This document shows, piece by piece, positions 36,101 to 44,395 of a stretch of DNA of 64,000 bases (its first letter is position 1; every line of letters starts with the position of its first letter). A program made the position numbers and the translations under genes. Where the stretch lies: positions 2,025 through 66,024 of IMG/VR virus record IMGVR_UViG_3300033273_000313, one strand, 5' to 3'. The notes beneath the pieces are model-generated. The model searched no databases and had not been told where the DNA came from. It worked only from the letters and a program-made list of their open reading frames with translations. Origin of the DNA: a virus (taxonomy: Duplodnaviria > Caudoviricetes).

Positions 36101-38779
36101 GTCAATGGTGGATCTTTATCCACTACTTCTACTTCCTTCAGTCTCATTGATGGTGGTGCTACCACTGTTTACTTTGCTTCTGAAGCGAAGAACTTGTTCA
36201 TCGGCAACTCGGTCTCTGGTTCTGATACCACCGAGGCATCTCCTCAGGTTATCAACATCTCGCCAACTGCTCAAAACCAGGAAGTTAACATTGGTACATT
36301 TAGTCAAGACTCTATCTTCAAGGTTCACACTGGCGGTCTCAAGTCGGTTCTAGAACTTGGTACACCAAGTCTAACTGACACTGCTGCTATTTCTGTCTCC
36401 AAGATTGGTGGTGCTTACTCCAATCAATCCAACTCTCTCGTTTCTGGTTCGGTTGTTAAGTTCCAAACTAGATTTACTGAAGTTGATGGTGACCTAGCAA
36501 TTGGTACAGCACTAGTAACTGGAACGGGTATCGCTACTCTAAGTTCTCCTGCTGATCGTGTTAACCTATTCACACTGAACACATCGAAACTATACATTGG
36601 TAGCTCTGTCTCCAGAATGTATATCGGTGCTCAGGGTGGATTTACACAGATCAACAACAGTTTGATCGTTAAGTCTTCTTCTACACTTGAGGGTGATGTA
36701 ACACTCTCTGGTGGTCTTAACTCTGGTGAGTTCGAGGTACGTAGAGGTTCGTTTTCTACCACTGCTACTGCTCACGATCAAGGTGATACTGATAACTCTA
36801 ACGTTGACCTCTTCACTAAAACGGTCATCGGTCAATTTGTTGACACGGACGCTAGCTTCTGGGGTGGTACTGATGATGCTGTTGGTGGCACTGCTGCCAA
36901 TGATCAATACTTCCTCACATTCTCTACACCTTCTAACACCACGATCTTTGAAATTGGTGCTTACCTCCTCATTGATCGCTCTAGACTAGCAATCTTCGAT
37001 CCAACAGCGTTCACTGCTACCGTTGCTGCTAACAGCAGCACTATCACCAGTGTTACTAACGCTTCTAGTTTCGATACAAATAATACTTGGGTACGTATTG
37101 ATCCTTCTTCTTCTGCTACATTTAATGACGGCACCAAGTATGCCCAGATCCAAACCATCGCTGGAACCACATTTACCCTAAGCAAACCATTTGCTGCTGG
37201 TACAACTGCTGGTACAGTTAACTTCACTGGTGGCGATTCCACACAAGGTGATGCTCCTGTTGGTGAACAGTATAGCGAACTAGTTCTGATCGAAGAACTA
37301 ACTAACCTGAACGCTATCTCTTCTGACAATCCTCTAAGAGTGAAAGTCAAGAGAGCAATGAACCAGCGTAATACCGATGGTACGATGGTTGCTGGAACAC
37401 CAGCTAATCTACCTACAGGTGCTGATGCTTCTTCCTTCAAGTTCCTAAGAACCGACCACCCAGATAACACTGAGATCATTAGATATGATCTAGCAAATGA
37501 TGTTAGCTTTATTGATGAAGTTGGTGGTCTCAGTGCTACCACTAGCGGAACTCTAGAGGACATCAACACAGGTGACTTCTCTGGTGCTGTTGGCGAGGGA
37601 GACATCCTCCGCTTCACTGATGCTGAACTAGCAATCATCACTGACATCAATACGACATCTCCACAGAGATTCGTAGTTACAGATGGTTCTGATACTAACC
37701 CTGTCGAGCAATTTGTTGTTGACTCTACCAACGGTAACACCACCATCCTCGGTGATGTAACTGTTAACGCTAACTTCACTCTTGCTGGTTCGACAACTAC
37801 CAACTCTCAGGTACTAACCATCACCACTGGTGGTTCTTCTCCTGTTACTACATTCAGGGTTGACTCTGCTACAGGTAATACCTGCCTCAAGGGTGACTTT
37901 GGCGCTGGTGGTACAAACTGTGACAGATTGACGGTTGATTCTGAGACAGGTCTTACTACTGTTAGTGTTGGTGACTTCTTGGTTGGTTCACAATCCGATC
38001 AGAAGATGATCCTCCAGAACAGCACTGGTAACCTAACAATCGCTGGTCACCTAACTGTCGAGGGTCAAACCGAAAGCAATATTGCTGGTCCTCTACAAAT
38101 TGACGGTGGTAACCTTCAACTCAATAAGATTGATGATTCTCCTGAGTGGGTATCTGGTCAGTCCGTTGATGATGGTGATACTATCTTCTATGGTGTTAAC
38201 ATTTACACTGTTGTTGGAACTGGTGCCCTTGGTATTACAGCACCAACACATAGCACGGGTACACAGAACAACGGTGCTGTCCAACTTACCTTCTTGAAAC
38301 TCAAGCAACCTGAAGAAATCTTTGAGGTTGAGAGTGATGGTTCTATGAACTTCGCTGGTCAGGAAGGATTCTTCACTCCATCTGGTGCTAGAAAGTGGCA
38401 GTTCGTTGGTGCTGGTGAGGAGACATTCGATGTTGTATCGAACGTCAACTACTTCGTTGCTCCTTCTTCTGATACAACTCTCAAACTACCACAGAATCCA
38501 ACCACTGGTGACATGATTAGAGTCGTTGATGTTGGCGGTAACCTAACCTACAACATCTCGCTCAAGGTAAGAGCACCTGACAATGTTGCTATTCAAGGCG
38601 ACAACACTAATAGTGGAGTCCCTGCTAGCCTAGATAATATTAACTACGGCGGTGGTGAACTTGTTGTCCAGACCCCACATGCTGGTTTCGGTCTGATTTA
38701 CCTAGGTAGCTCAAACTTCGATGGAACCACAACTGGTGCTCCATCTACAACACAAGGTTGGTGGCTCGTAGAGATCTAA
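27161..38779 (+). CDS. giant virion structural / tail-fibre protein (3872 aa) with five phycobiliprotein-like repeats
   Basis: N-terminal LYVSPDD...GNSPLRPFKTIQRA (cyanophage fibre/baseplate N-terminus), beta-helix-like segments, C-terminal LPQNPTTGDMIRVVDVGG fibre motif; KCxRDxGY repeats. Confidence 0.85.
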   Translation: MALTRLDNLYSSKTGKYLYVSPDDFNATDELDNRGNSPLRPFKTIQRAFIEVARYSFLPAEGGESVPDRFDQFSIMLMPGDHFIDNRPGLVDLQSGDNQRYFDAKNLITANRQEIIDRSFAEIAVQYDEVTWGTDWVVPGDDAADDQSRYYDAYRLIQKNRDYIQARSTAEVAVQYPDFYFPDEPQTDSASRFADAYRLILQNKADIVDIAWTDTLAAYPAINTTETKCRRDLGYYIEHLALDLFYGGNQYTREFILQYFENATTQIGNGLAGEETESLYAFANATALMKAALTNQSSVTLNGNVYDITGWTKDLTVTADPVTGSNTDSASCANVQTALDTLTTIVSDVFTAGNTNGLPAEDTGDASEGKLKCKRDVGYFIDAISLDVSLGGGNVYTRKYTQNYFNAGGTSWVDDGLQGEEQESIVAFNTARDLMMEALTNQLGYKDLSITHDPNPANGPVGSGIEYNNVSCQNVRSFVNTLAAIPVTYFQQGSLDNFVEETVADVEDGAAKCKRDIGYIVDAVAADLGNGGNGSIIAATKAYFDKNGLPISNGLVGEEAQSVVAFSYAGVMMKKAVTNQLYSKDLTILAGPASYSGYETNDPIVPNLPSGNAATCVDVQASIDTLIGIITTVITDGDLDSLNSVQVTGDIPVFNYNRALQEWQDNSILDLSNPDNVLYKFNSASGGAIVPRGCSLIGYDLRRTIVRPLYVPDPADPSTERTSIFNLTGGCYLWQFTIKDGDLSSNSPLYDNSAKVGKVYFQKGNNTQLAIPEYSHHKICIMTYADTDDLQLYYDKVGTAFALFQPTIDDGDFTALPQENRIVGPLSDTRSIINIRLVEQLANGKTVIEATTKVAHGYFKEQYIAIIDTGLNDALNGTFKVTAIDEDNPKLFRYEVDTTPQQLGLDINTVGYTTPDLSLAARAQAEIDSVESASPYVFNCSIRSTWGQCGMWADGSKATGFKSMVVAQYTGVSLQKDDRAFIRYDEFSNTWNQASLTDAFATTAYHTKGDAYWKDDWRNFHIRASDDSFIQCVSVFAVGFFDHFLMESGGDMSITNSNSNFGNTSLHSVGFKGFSFNQDKGGYITDIVPVKKVDISAFNQEDLKYYPLSNQATKVDGNQTRLYYSGDDVYSPFIKPATSIDGYRLGALTNDKVYLKLPKLGGGNDIYESTVSPSGFRQYTASLETLNPDGVQINNNAQDASNLIETNKEFIQREAYNYIITRYPELQNNSNITISKCERDIGYIVDAVIQDLRIGGNINTIQAAEGYYVGGTLSYIDGEFNESIEAYEYVKNLTIAAMRNFDYLIKNPTVTAGSAILDIGSTAGILVGMTVTQYEYNATNFTNGRLNRDNAVQVTGGSALLPLNAYVRRVIDGSRIEIGNSAPVLTTDANGNISATFGNAVVASNSSTSGAYLHFEFPQTASTSDSDDVLQGGYSDINPVRDSSVLQDTSVWDAADKGYPECNDILTLIEGYFTEFFLILNNGLTPLGGTEVDAHNLILANKEFIAAEAVDRMLINNPVFSVPGGSVNCTDDVEAVLETIAYNIKYGGNDRVYDAALLYVQQPGLLNDERDESVEVYTNMRDLAISAMRNEPITIQGSHGLTQTIDNNVLGDTSSQPGVYDFANDCADVASSITVFTATITQAIGTDAAPGNLVGITRTEPAFNVATRVEPVVDTANLASRATLFTINTGGSTSDPHLFETGTPVRLVPKIRSGVDPTTVDKRVIRLPKGFDTNTIYYVIAPGRTTEPEDYSDGATYPNVFEKTNTTKLMLATTKENAAAGIYMYSPETDSVDYDVEIGINQFVLDESYDLHKYVCNFPTGLTDVLETDVPHIFDVPGTENVVHEVFFRTFGTGSTLPQITTGGVTAEVNTNQFYYVRFVTPKTFAVFNTKAEAVAGSPRITFAPNFGQDFYVFANKRVSPVKFDPTRDDSALPEANRETTTGQWYIQTTDDYDPAVNIQARMNEIGQDLKDARSKNTSYKRLKDERTAQDRIYRLRYVIPKYAEGVRDPLNGFVIKARTDETRKLLPQRILLKPTASGLADVALFETQIQLTAGGTLAQQLGLPAASLDPNFDYDPYLSSQVKQITSDRVASKTAFSIQSARQVDVSGTNYLELTVFDHTITDDAVRNEQFVTVRINAPQGGDGNFRINTSTSNDLNKITWNGFSSGFGFVQGYFNPDGTDEHYLVLKGLDDDVVVYDKNSATTFSQPVLDADNDPVLDANGNQVLIYATLQAKPNSVGSPNDSLSKSDRKDYLYSDKNSNVLTMTPGDIITDDDGNDYEIASVTDAGQIEDTFYIFDIEEIKRRIPNQQEGIYYLTCVKGNVSPFPTGPGIGTNFRGFKFSQPIGQLYPLDYKNDPLWFQIRPDDTRDATILDTPPTICAADNFIHGLVTTNDYKNSETKEVILDFIENPALERYEYTTNAIEAQDGNAASGSEDRLIPISGDSIYPTEKRLYVELRRPSIARSGNHTFEYLGFGPGNYSTGFPLRQEVVLEDIQDFYAQAKREDGGIVFYTGLNSNGDLYIGNRKINAITGEETFLERAELLSSDDDGGDIGGLVTTFELPVAFEQEITVDGNALFNNPVTINVDDDEPNAFTVVSNVSSSNGGDLTLDSSSWSRSTIASEGNVVIHQNQIFSAIYRLNPRGSTTLSGQDYSIRTHVDQNAGNTPTNKTPNQTNSNLGIEVKYGSLATSEGPLAGDILLKGEEVGQTGSLGWIYANYYNPITANVASSTAAGGSLVTFTMATGESPSANDIVLGSIVKISGLEGRFLNVNGIREVTAVTGTGFSVNAPVIIETSQVDDPTAIPAGGVISVSLSKWTETALIGAETLRTDTANNGDYRLGINTLARSAHSDYLQGFTSDAVQPRANLDVVGTAFISGKTLATNGYDNFPLLANRTFAEVNNALLVGGNSVDPNVEATFRVATTNGLQGPHAGQSTGTARTVPGGRVGINVSDGLTNHTLTVVGDMRLTENALFEENLAVNGGSLSTTSTSFSLIDGGATTVYFASEAKNLFIGNSVSGSDTTEASPQVINISPTAQNQEVNIGTFSQDSIFKVHTGGLKSVLELGTPSLTDTAAISVSKIGGAYSNQSNSLVSGSVVKFQTRFTEVDGDLAIGTALVTGTGIATLSSPADRVNLFTLNTSKLYIGSSVSRMYIGAQGGFTQINNSLIVKSSSTLEGDVTLSGGLNSGEFEVRRGSFSTTATAHDQGDTDNSNVDLFTKTVIGQFVDTDASFWGGTDDAVGGTAANDQYFLTFSTPSNTTIFEIGAYLLIDRSRLAIFDPTAFTATVAANSSTITSVTNASSFDTNNTWVRIDPSSSATFNDGTKYAQIQTIAGTTFTLSKPFAAGTTAGTVNFTGGDSTQGDAPVGEQYSELVLIEELTNLNAISSDNPLRVKVKRAMNQRNTDGTMVAGTPANLPTGADASSFKFLRTDHPDNTEIIRYDLANDVSFIDEVGGLSATTSGTLEDINTGDFSGAVGEGDILRFTDAELAIITDINTTSPQRFVVTDGSDTNPVEQFVVDSTNGNTTILGDVTVNANFTLAGSTTTNSQVLTITTGGSSPVTTFRVDSATGNTCLKGDFGAGGTNCDRLTVDSETGLTTVSVGDFLVGSQSDQKMILQNSTGNLTIAGHLTVEGQTESNIAGPLQIDGGNLQLNKIDDSPEWVSGQSVDDGDTIFYGVNIYTVVGTGALGITAPTHSTGTQNNGAVQLTFLKLKQPEEIFEVESDGSMNFAGQEGFFTPSGARKWQFVGAGEETFDVVSNVNYFVAPSSDTTLKLPQNPTTGDMIRVVDVGGNLTYNISLKVRAPDNVAIQGDNTNSGVPASLDNINYGGGELVVQTPHAGFGLIYLGSSNFDGTTTGAPSTTQGWWLVEI

Positions 38780-38780
38780 T

Positions 38781-40484
38781 ATGCCAGGATATAACGTAAT
38801 CAAAACACAAAGGGCACTTCCAATCGGGAGTGTCCAACCTTGGACAGGAAACCTGTCTGAAATTCCTAATGGGTGGTTGCTTTGTAATGGTGCTGAACTA
38901 GAAGCAGAAGATTATCCACTCTTGGCACGTATTCTACGTGATACCTACGGTGGTACAGAATTTAGTGGCAACTTCCCAAACTATAGTGGTACATTTAGAC
39001 TACCACAAACAAATAACAAAGCATTAGCAGACATTTCGACTGCTTATTTTGGCAACTATGTTTCCACGTCTCCTCTTGTCCCATCCCCAATCGACAATTC
39101 TGATGCCCTAACAGTAGTTTCAGAATATCTTGGGGATTCTGTTCCTGGATTTGAACCTGGAGACTTGGGTCCGCCAAACGTAGTTAACGCTAAGACTGAT
39201 CTAAACTTTACATATACTCCAGACCCAGAGGGTACGATTGTTAGTATCACGACAACTGGAACAGCACCTACAGTAACTAATACAAAAGTTTATAATAATG
39301 TTACAGCAACAAATGGCACTAATGCTGATACTAGTGCTGCTGTAACTGGATCTGGTGCTCAATTTACAGTTGTTATTAACACAGATCAGACATATGATGT
39401 TGTTCCTAAAGTTAAGGGACAATCATATAATGTTTCTGACCAACTAATAATTCCTGGAACAACATTTTCTGACGATGGTGGTGTTTCTACTGCCAATGAC
39501 ATTGCTATTACTGTCACACAAACTGGTAATTCTTACTTTGAAGGTGTGATTACAGGACAGAGTATCATTGAGGGTTTCTCTATTAAAGAGGTATTCATTT
39601 GTCCTAGAAAATTGGGTAGAGAACATTTCCCTCAGCATTTTCACGAAGGAACATATAAAACAATTAACACTGGTGATTCTGGTGAGAACCCAGGTACTGG
39701 TGCCTGTGTATTTGCTACACCAGAAGTAAACTTTACTGAATTCTACAATAGAGTTCACCCCTGTCCATCAGGATACTTTGCTCCATTTGGACCTTATTGT
39801 CCACTACCAACATCACTTGATTGTGCTGGTAGTTCTGCTGTTGAAACTGGATTCTGGATTGGTAACAGCCCAACAAATAATATTACTGCTCTAGACAACT
39901 CTCCATTCTCTCCTGGTGTTGGCAGATATGCTATCGCCTCTGTTGGTGGTAGTTTGCCAGTTGCTGAACACGAACCATTTGGCACAACTGCTGTAGGTCA
40001 TGGTGTTGGTAAGTCTTGGTTCACTGGAACTGGAAGTCACTTTAACTTGAGGGATAAGTCTGGTGCTACTTCTGCTGCTGGTGATACCAACATGACTGCC
40101 CTAAAGGCAAATGGTAGATTCTTCCCAGGATATAGAGTCCCATTTTCGGATAGTCAACAGACAATTAAATGTCCCAACTATGACAATGGTACTGGTGGAT
40201 CTGACCACCAACATGGAATTACGAAGACACTATTCAACCACGCTGCTGTTTCATTCTTGAATGATACATTGACTGGTGGTGGTGTTAATGATGTTATTGA
40301 ACCTCATGACCATGATGGTTCTTTTAACGTTGTATATGATGGTTCAAACCTTGATATAGTTGAACAGATTAACGTCTTGGCACAACCAAATGTTACTCCA
40401 AACTCTATCGATGGGGCACTACAGATTACATTCACTACAAGAACCGCTTCTGTTACTATTACCAATCTAATTAGAGCATACTAA
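38781..40484 (+). CDS. tail fibre protein with tail-collar domain
   Basis: PIGSVQPW...IPNGWLLCNG..YPLL...YGG...FRLP collar motif; HFH/HDH motifs. Confidence 0.85.
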   Translation: MPGYNVIKTQRALPIGSVQPWTGNLSEIPNGWLLCNGAELEAEDYPLLARILRDTYGGTEFSGNFPNYSGTFRLPQTNNKALADISTAYFGNYVSTSPLVPSPIDNSDALTVVSEYLGDSVPGFEPGDLGPPNVVNAKTDLNFTYTPDPEGTIVSITTTGTAPTVTNTKVYNNVTATNGTNADTSAAVTGSGAQFTVVINTDQTYDVVPKVKGQSYNVSDQLIIPGTTFSDDGGVSTANDIAITVTQTGNSYFEGVITGQSIIEGFSIKEVFICPRKLGREHFPQHFHEGTYKTINTGDSGENPGTGACVFATPEVNFTEFYNRVHPCPSGYFAPFGPYCPLPTSLDCAGSSAVETGFWIGNSPTNNITALDNSPFSPGVGRYAIASVGGSLPVAEHEPFGTTAVGHGVGKSWFTGTGSHFNLRDKSGATSAAGDTNMTALKANGRFFPGYRVPFSDSQQTIKCPNYDNGTGGSDHQHGITKTLFNHAAVSFLNDTLTGGGVNDVIEPHDHDGSFNVVYDGSNLDIVEQINVLAQPNVTPNSIDGALQITFTTRTASVTITNLIRAY

Positions 40485-41383
40485 TGGCAACCTATTACAC
40501 CAAAGAGAAAGCAAGGTATGGTGGTGTTTCAGGCACCATTATACCATTTCCTATCAAACTACCTACAGTTAATGTTCCTAACCAAGGAGATTGGAAGGAG
40601 TATCTTCCTGCTGGTTTTTTGAGATGTGATGGATCTATTCTTGATGCTAGTGAGTATCCAATCCTTGCTGAAATTCTGGGAACGGGTAATAACTCTAAAT
40701 TCAAAAGACCTGATCAAACTGTATCTAATAACCAATTTGTTTTGCCTGACATTGGATCGAAACATATCCAAGGTGGTAATGCTTCTGGTGCTTATTTGAA
40801 TGATAAGGTAATTAATGAAGACTCTACTAATCCATACAGAGTTGGTTGTGAAATTAATGTTGTATCTTTGATTGGCGATAGCACAACAATTACATACAGT
40901 GGTAACTTTGAAGTTATTAGTCCTGGACCTCAAGAGTTTATTGGTAATCCTACATTCAACACTACCACTACTGATGGTAGGACATTGAATGCTTTCTTGT
41001 CCGAACAAAACTTCCAAGCACACGGTCACGAAGCAGGTGTTGGTGTGTTTAGTTATCTTGGACAGTGGGCAGATTCTATCTTCACTGGTGAAACAACAGG
41101 TGCTTCACAGGGTGGTAACAATGCTCAGAACGAAGGTTCTAACGAACTAATTACAATTCAATCTCCCACAGGATCCTCTGCTGTTGCATCTCATGCTCAC
41201 TTGATTGACTTTCCATCATCAACTACAATTTCTGATCAAAATGAGCTGAGATTTAATTTCGTAGATACTGATGTTGATGCTTTTGGTCTAGAAAGTACGG
41301 TTACTCTAACGACCAGCAACATCAAAAAACTTGATGAAGCAACTCCTCCATTCATCCTAGTAGAGTATATCATTAAGATCTAA
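40484..41383 (+). CDS. short tail fibre / collar-domain protein
   Basis: GTIIPF..PAGFLRCDG..YP.LA..LG..F.LPD; HGH/HAH motifs; C-terminal PPFILVEYIIKI. Confidence 0.85.
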   Translation: MATYYTKEKARYGGVSGTIIPFPIKLPTVNVPNQGDWKEYLPAGFLRCDGSILDASEYPILAEILGTGNNSKFKRPDQTVSNNQFVLPDIGSKHIQGGNASGAYLNDKVINEDSTNPYRVGCEINVVSLIGDSTTITYSGNFEVISPGPQEFIGNPTFNTTTTDGRTLNAFLSEQNFQAHGHEAGVGVFSYLGQWADSIFTGETTGASQGGNNAQNEGSNELITIQSPTGSSAVASHAHLIDFPSSTTISDQNELRFNFVDTDVDAFGLESTVTLTTSNIKKLDEATPPFILVEYIIKI

Positions 41384-42939
41384 TGCCTACCTCAACTTTT
41401 ACGTCGCCTGGAACGTATACTGTCAACATACCAGATAATGGATATAGTATCAGTGTAACTGTACGTGGCGCTAGAGGCGGCAGGGGTGGTAATGACGCCT
41501 CTGCTCAAGGTGGTAACGGTGGTACAACGACACAACAAACATTCACAGTTAACCAAAACTTTCAGGCTAGAACATTCACCTGTTATGTTGGTAACAATGG
41601 TGGAAATGGTGTAAACAACCAACCTAATGCTGCTGGTGGTAACGGTGGTTCTGGTATGGCAGCTGGTGGTCGTGGTGGTAACGCTGGTGATCCTCCCTAC
41701 TCTGGTGGCGGCGGTGGAGGCGGTGGTGCCTCAGGACTAAAAATTGATGGTGTAAATGCCATCTGTATGGGTGGATCAGGTGGTGGCGGCGGCGCTTCCG
41801 ATAATAGAAATGGTGGTGGTGGTGGAGTCCAGTCTGTAAACGCTACTGCTAGTGGTAGTTTCAGTGTCAGCAACGGTGGTGAGGGTGGAGACCCAGGTGG
41901 CACTGATGGTGGCGGCGGTGGCGGCGGAGGCGGCGGCGCTGGTGGTGGCGGCGGTGGTGGTTCTGGACAGGATAACAATCGTGGCGGCGGTGGCGGCGGT
42001 CGTGGTGGTTCACGATACCGTACTTCTTTATGTCAAGCTGGTAGCGCCAGTTATAATCAGACTGCTAATGATGGATATGTCCAAGTGTCGTGGTTAGAAG
42101 CAGCACCACAGATTAATAGTTTTTCAGCAAATCCTAACCCACAAAATAGTTCTACTAGTAATCCCACATACACAACTACATTAACATGGACTACAACATA
42201 TGCTACTAGTGTGACTCTTACTAGTTCTGCTGGGGAAAACTTTGGTAGTCAATCACTAGATGGTAATTATGATATTACTAACTTACCACAATCTACTGCT
42301 GGTAGTAATAGTCCAGCAACTAGAACATACTATTTGACAGCAACAAATGATGGTGGTAGCACAACTAGTAATGTTACTGTCTCTGCTCGTAATGATAATG
42401 TACCTAATAGTAATTGGATTACAAATACATCATTTACTAATTTGGAACCTAGCACTCAAGTTACACTGACTCTAGGAAATATTTCTGGTATAGATATGCC
42501 CACAGAAGTCTCTACATCAGGTAGTGGCAACTTTATTGGTTCTGGTGGAGCTTTTTCTGGATCTCAAAATTTCACTGATGGTAACACAGTACAGTTGAGG
42601 ACTACTACATTACCATTCAATACTGATATCAGTGGGCAAACTGGTCTCTATGGAAAAGTAAACAATAAAACAGTTACTGTTTCGTACCCAGGTGGATCTC
42701 GGAATATTACTATAGGTACTAGAGCACCTGTAATTAGAGAAGATTTTGATTATGCTAATAATGTAGATAATTATCCTTATGAAGATATCGATTTGATCAC
42801 CAATAGTCCAGATCAATATGCTACATCAGCACAAATTGATGTTGATGATATTGATATTCCTATGGAGATTAAGGTAGATCAACCAGATGCTCAGATAAGT
42901 ATTAATAACGGTTCTTGGCAAAACGTAAGAGAGATTTAA
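41383..42939 (+). CDS. glycine-rich fibre/adhesin paralog 1
   Basis: Poly-Gly N-domain; C-terminal domain shared with the next two genes. Confidence 0.8.
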   Translation: MPTSTFTSPGTYTVNIPDNGYSISVTVRGARGGRGGNDASAQGGNGGTTTQQTFTVNQNFQARTFTCYVGNNGGNGVNNQPNAAGGNGGSGMAAGGRGGNAGDPPYSGGGGGGGGASGLKIDGVNAICMGGSGGGGGASDNRNGGGGGVQSVNATASGSFSVSNGGEGGDPGGTDGGGGGGGGGGAGGGGGGGSGQDNNRGGGGGGRGGSRYRTSLCQAGSASYNQTANDGYVQVSWLEAAPQINSFSANPNPQNSSTSNPTYTTTLTWTTTYATSVTLTSSAGENFGSQSLDGNYDITNLPQSTAGSNSPATRTYYLTATNDGGSTTSNVTVSARNDNVPNSNWITNTSFTNLEPSTQVTLTLGNISGIDMPTEVSTSGSGNFIGSGGAFSGSQNFTDGNTVQLRTTTLPFNTDISGQTGLYGKVNNKTVTVSYPGGSRNITIGTRAPVIREDFDYANNVDNYPYEDIDLITNSPDQYATSAQIDVDDIDIPMEIKVDQPDAQISINNGSWQNVREI

Positions 42940-42940
42940 A

Positions 42941-44395
42941 ATGCCCTCAAACGATTACACTAATCCTGGAAGTTACAGTTGGACAGCACCATTTGCTACT
43001 AAACAAGTCACCGCTAGGGTGATTGGTGGTGGTGCTTCTGGTTATCGAGATTGTGATGGAGACGATGAAGGTGGCGGCGGTGGCGGCGGTGGATTTGCTG
43101 AATCCACAAGAACTTTTTCTGAAGGTCAGACGCTATCAATTACTGTAGCATCTGGTGGTTCATCACCTAGTTGTGATACTGGTAACAATGGTGGTACATC
43201 AGAAATTAAAGGTGGTCCTGGTAACATTGTAAACGTTCGTGCTACTGGTGGTCGTACTGGAACTGACGACTCTGGTGGAGGTGGTGGTGGTTATTCTGAT
43301 GCTGGTGACATTACTAGAAATGGTGGATCTGGAGAAGATGATGATAAGGGACAAGATGGTGGTGGAGCAGGTAACTCTAATGGAAACTCTGGACGTTGTG
43401 GCAATGGTAAAGGTGGTAGAGGAACTAACCTAAATGGAAGCTCAGGTAGTTGCCCAGGTGGTAGATCAGGTGCTGCTTACGGTGCTGGAGGAGCAGGAAA
43501 TGATGGTGGATCTGCTGGCTCTGGTGCCAAAGGTGGTGCCAGAATTATCTGGGACTATCATTCTCCATCAATCACTTCTTTTAGTGTAGGTAATAACTAT
43601 AATACTGATGGTATTCCAGATGCTAATGTTTCTATGTCATGGAACACACAATATGCTAATAGTGTTAGTATAAACCAAGGTATTGGCTCTGTTGGCGCTA
43701 GTGGATCACTCAATGTAAACACTGGATTACAATCAAATGCTAATGGCACAAGTCCTGCTACAAAAAATTATACATTAACAGCAACAGGTCCTGGTGGAAC
43801 AGTAGCTAGTACCAAAACTGCTAATGTAAAGAATGACAATACACCATCTAATAGTTGGACAACATCATTCCCGAATAATGGTAGCACTGGATTTGACCCT
43901 GGTATTCAAGTGACTGTGACTCTTGGAAATCTTGCTGGGGTTGACATGCCATGTACTATATCTACCAGTGGTAGTGGTAATGCTATTGGACTAGGTGGAT
44001 CTTTTTCTGGATCCAGAAATTTCAATAATGGCGAAACAGTACAGTTGAGAACTACTACGTTACCATTTAATACTAGTCTTTCTGGTGTTGCTAGTAATGC
44101 TACATTCGGCAAGACAAATACCAAGACAGTATCAGTTACCACTCCTAGTGGATCATTTAACGTATCAATTATAACTAAAGCACCGAGAATCAAAGAAAAT
44201 TTTGATTATAGTGATAGTATTGACAACTATCCTTTTGAAGATATTGACTTGATTACTAATAGTCCACAACCACAAATTACCACACCAGAAATTACTGCTA
44301 ATGATATTGATATTCCTATGGAAATTAAAGTAGACAAACCAGACGCCCAGGTAAATATAAATGGTGGCGGATGGCAAAACGCTAGGAGTATCTGA
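42941..44395 (+). CDS. glycine-rich fibre/adhesin paralog 2
   Basis: Poly-Gly N-domain; shared C-terminal FDY.D..DNYPFEDIDLITN...INGGGWQN. Confidence 0.8.
   Translation: MPSNDYTNPGSYSWTAPFATKQVTARVIGGGASGYRDCDGDDEGGGGGGGGFAESTRTFSEGQTLSITVASGGSSPSCDTGNNGGTSEIKGGPGNIVNVRATGGRTGTDDSGGGGGGYSDAGDITRNGGSGEDDDKGQDGGGAGNSNGNSGRCGNGKGGRGTNLNGSSGSCPGGRSGAAYGAGGAGNDGGSAGSGAKGGARIIWDYHSPSITSFSVGNNYNTDGIPDANVSMSWNTQYANSVSINQGIGSVGASGSLNVNTGLQSNANGTSPATKNYTLTATGPGGTVASTKTANVKNDNTPSNSWTTSFPNNGSTGFDPGIQVTVTLGNLAGVDMPCTISTSGSGNAIGLGGSFSGSRNFNNGETVQLRTTTLPFNTSLSGVASNATFGKTNTKTVSVTTPSGSFNVSIITKAPRIKENFDYSDSIDNYPFEDIDLITNSPQPQITTPEITANDIDIPMEIKVDKPDAQVNINGGGWQNARSI

Noticed and set aside
36961-37803. 280-aa antisense ORF inside the giant gene (and many shorter ones)
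   Set aside because: Shadow of the strongly biased codon usage of the sense gene; no RBS or recognisable motif.
41697-41978. Poly-proline antisense ORF / GGT-GGC microsatellite-like tract
   Set aside because: Reverse complement of poly-Gly codons in the fibre gene.
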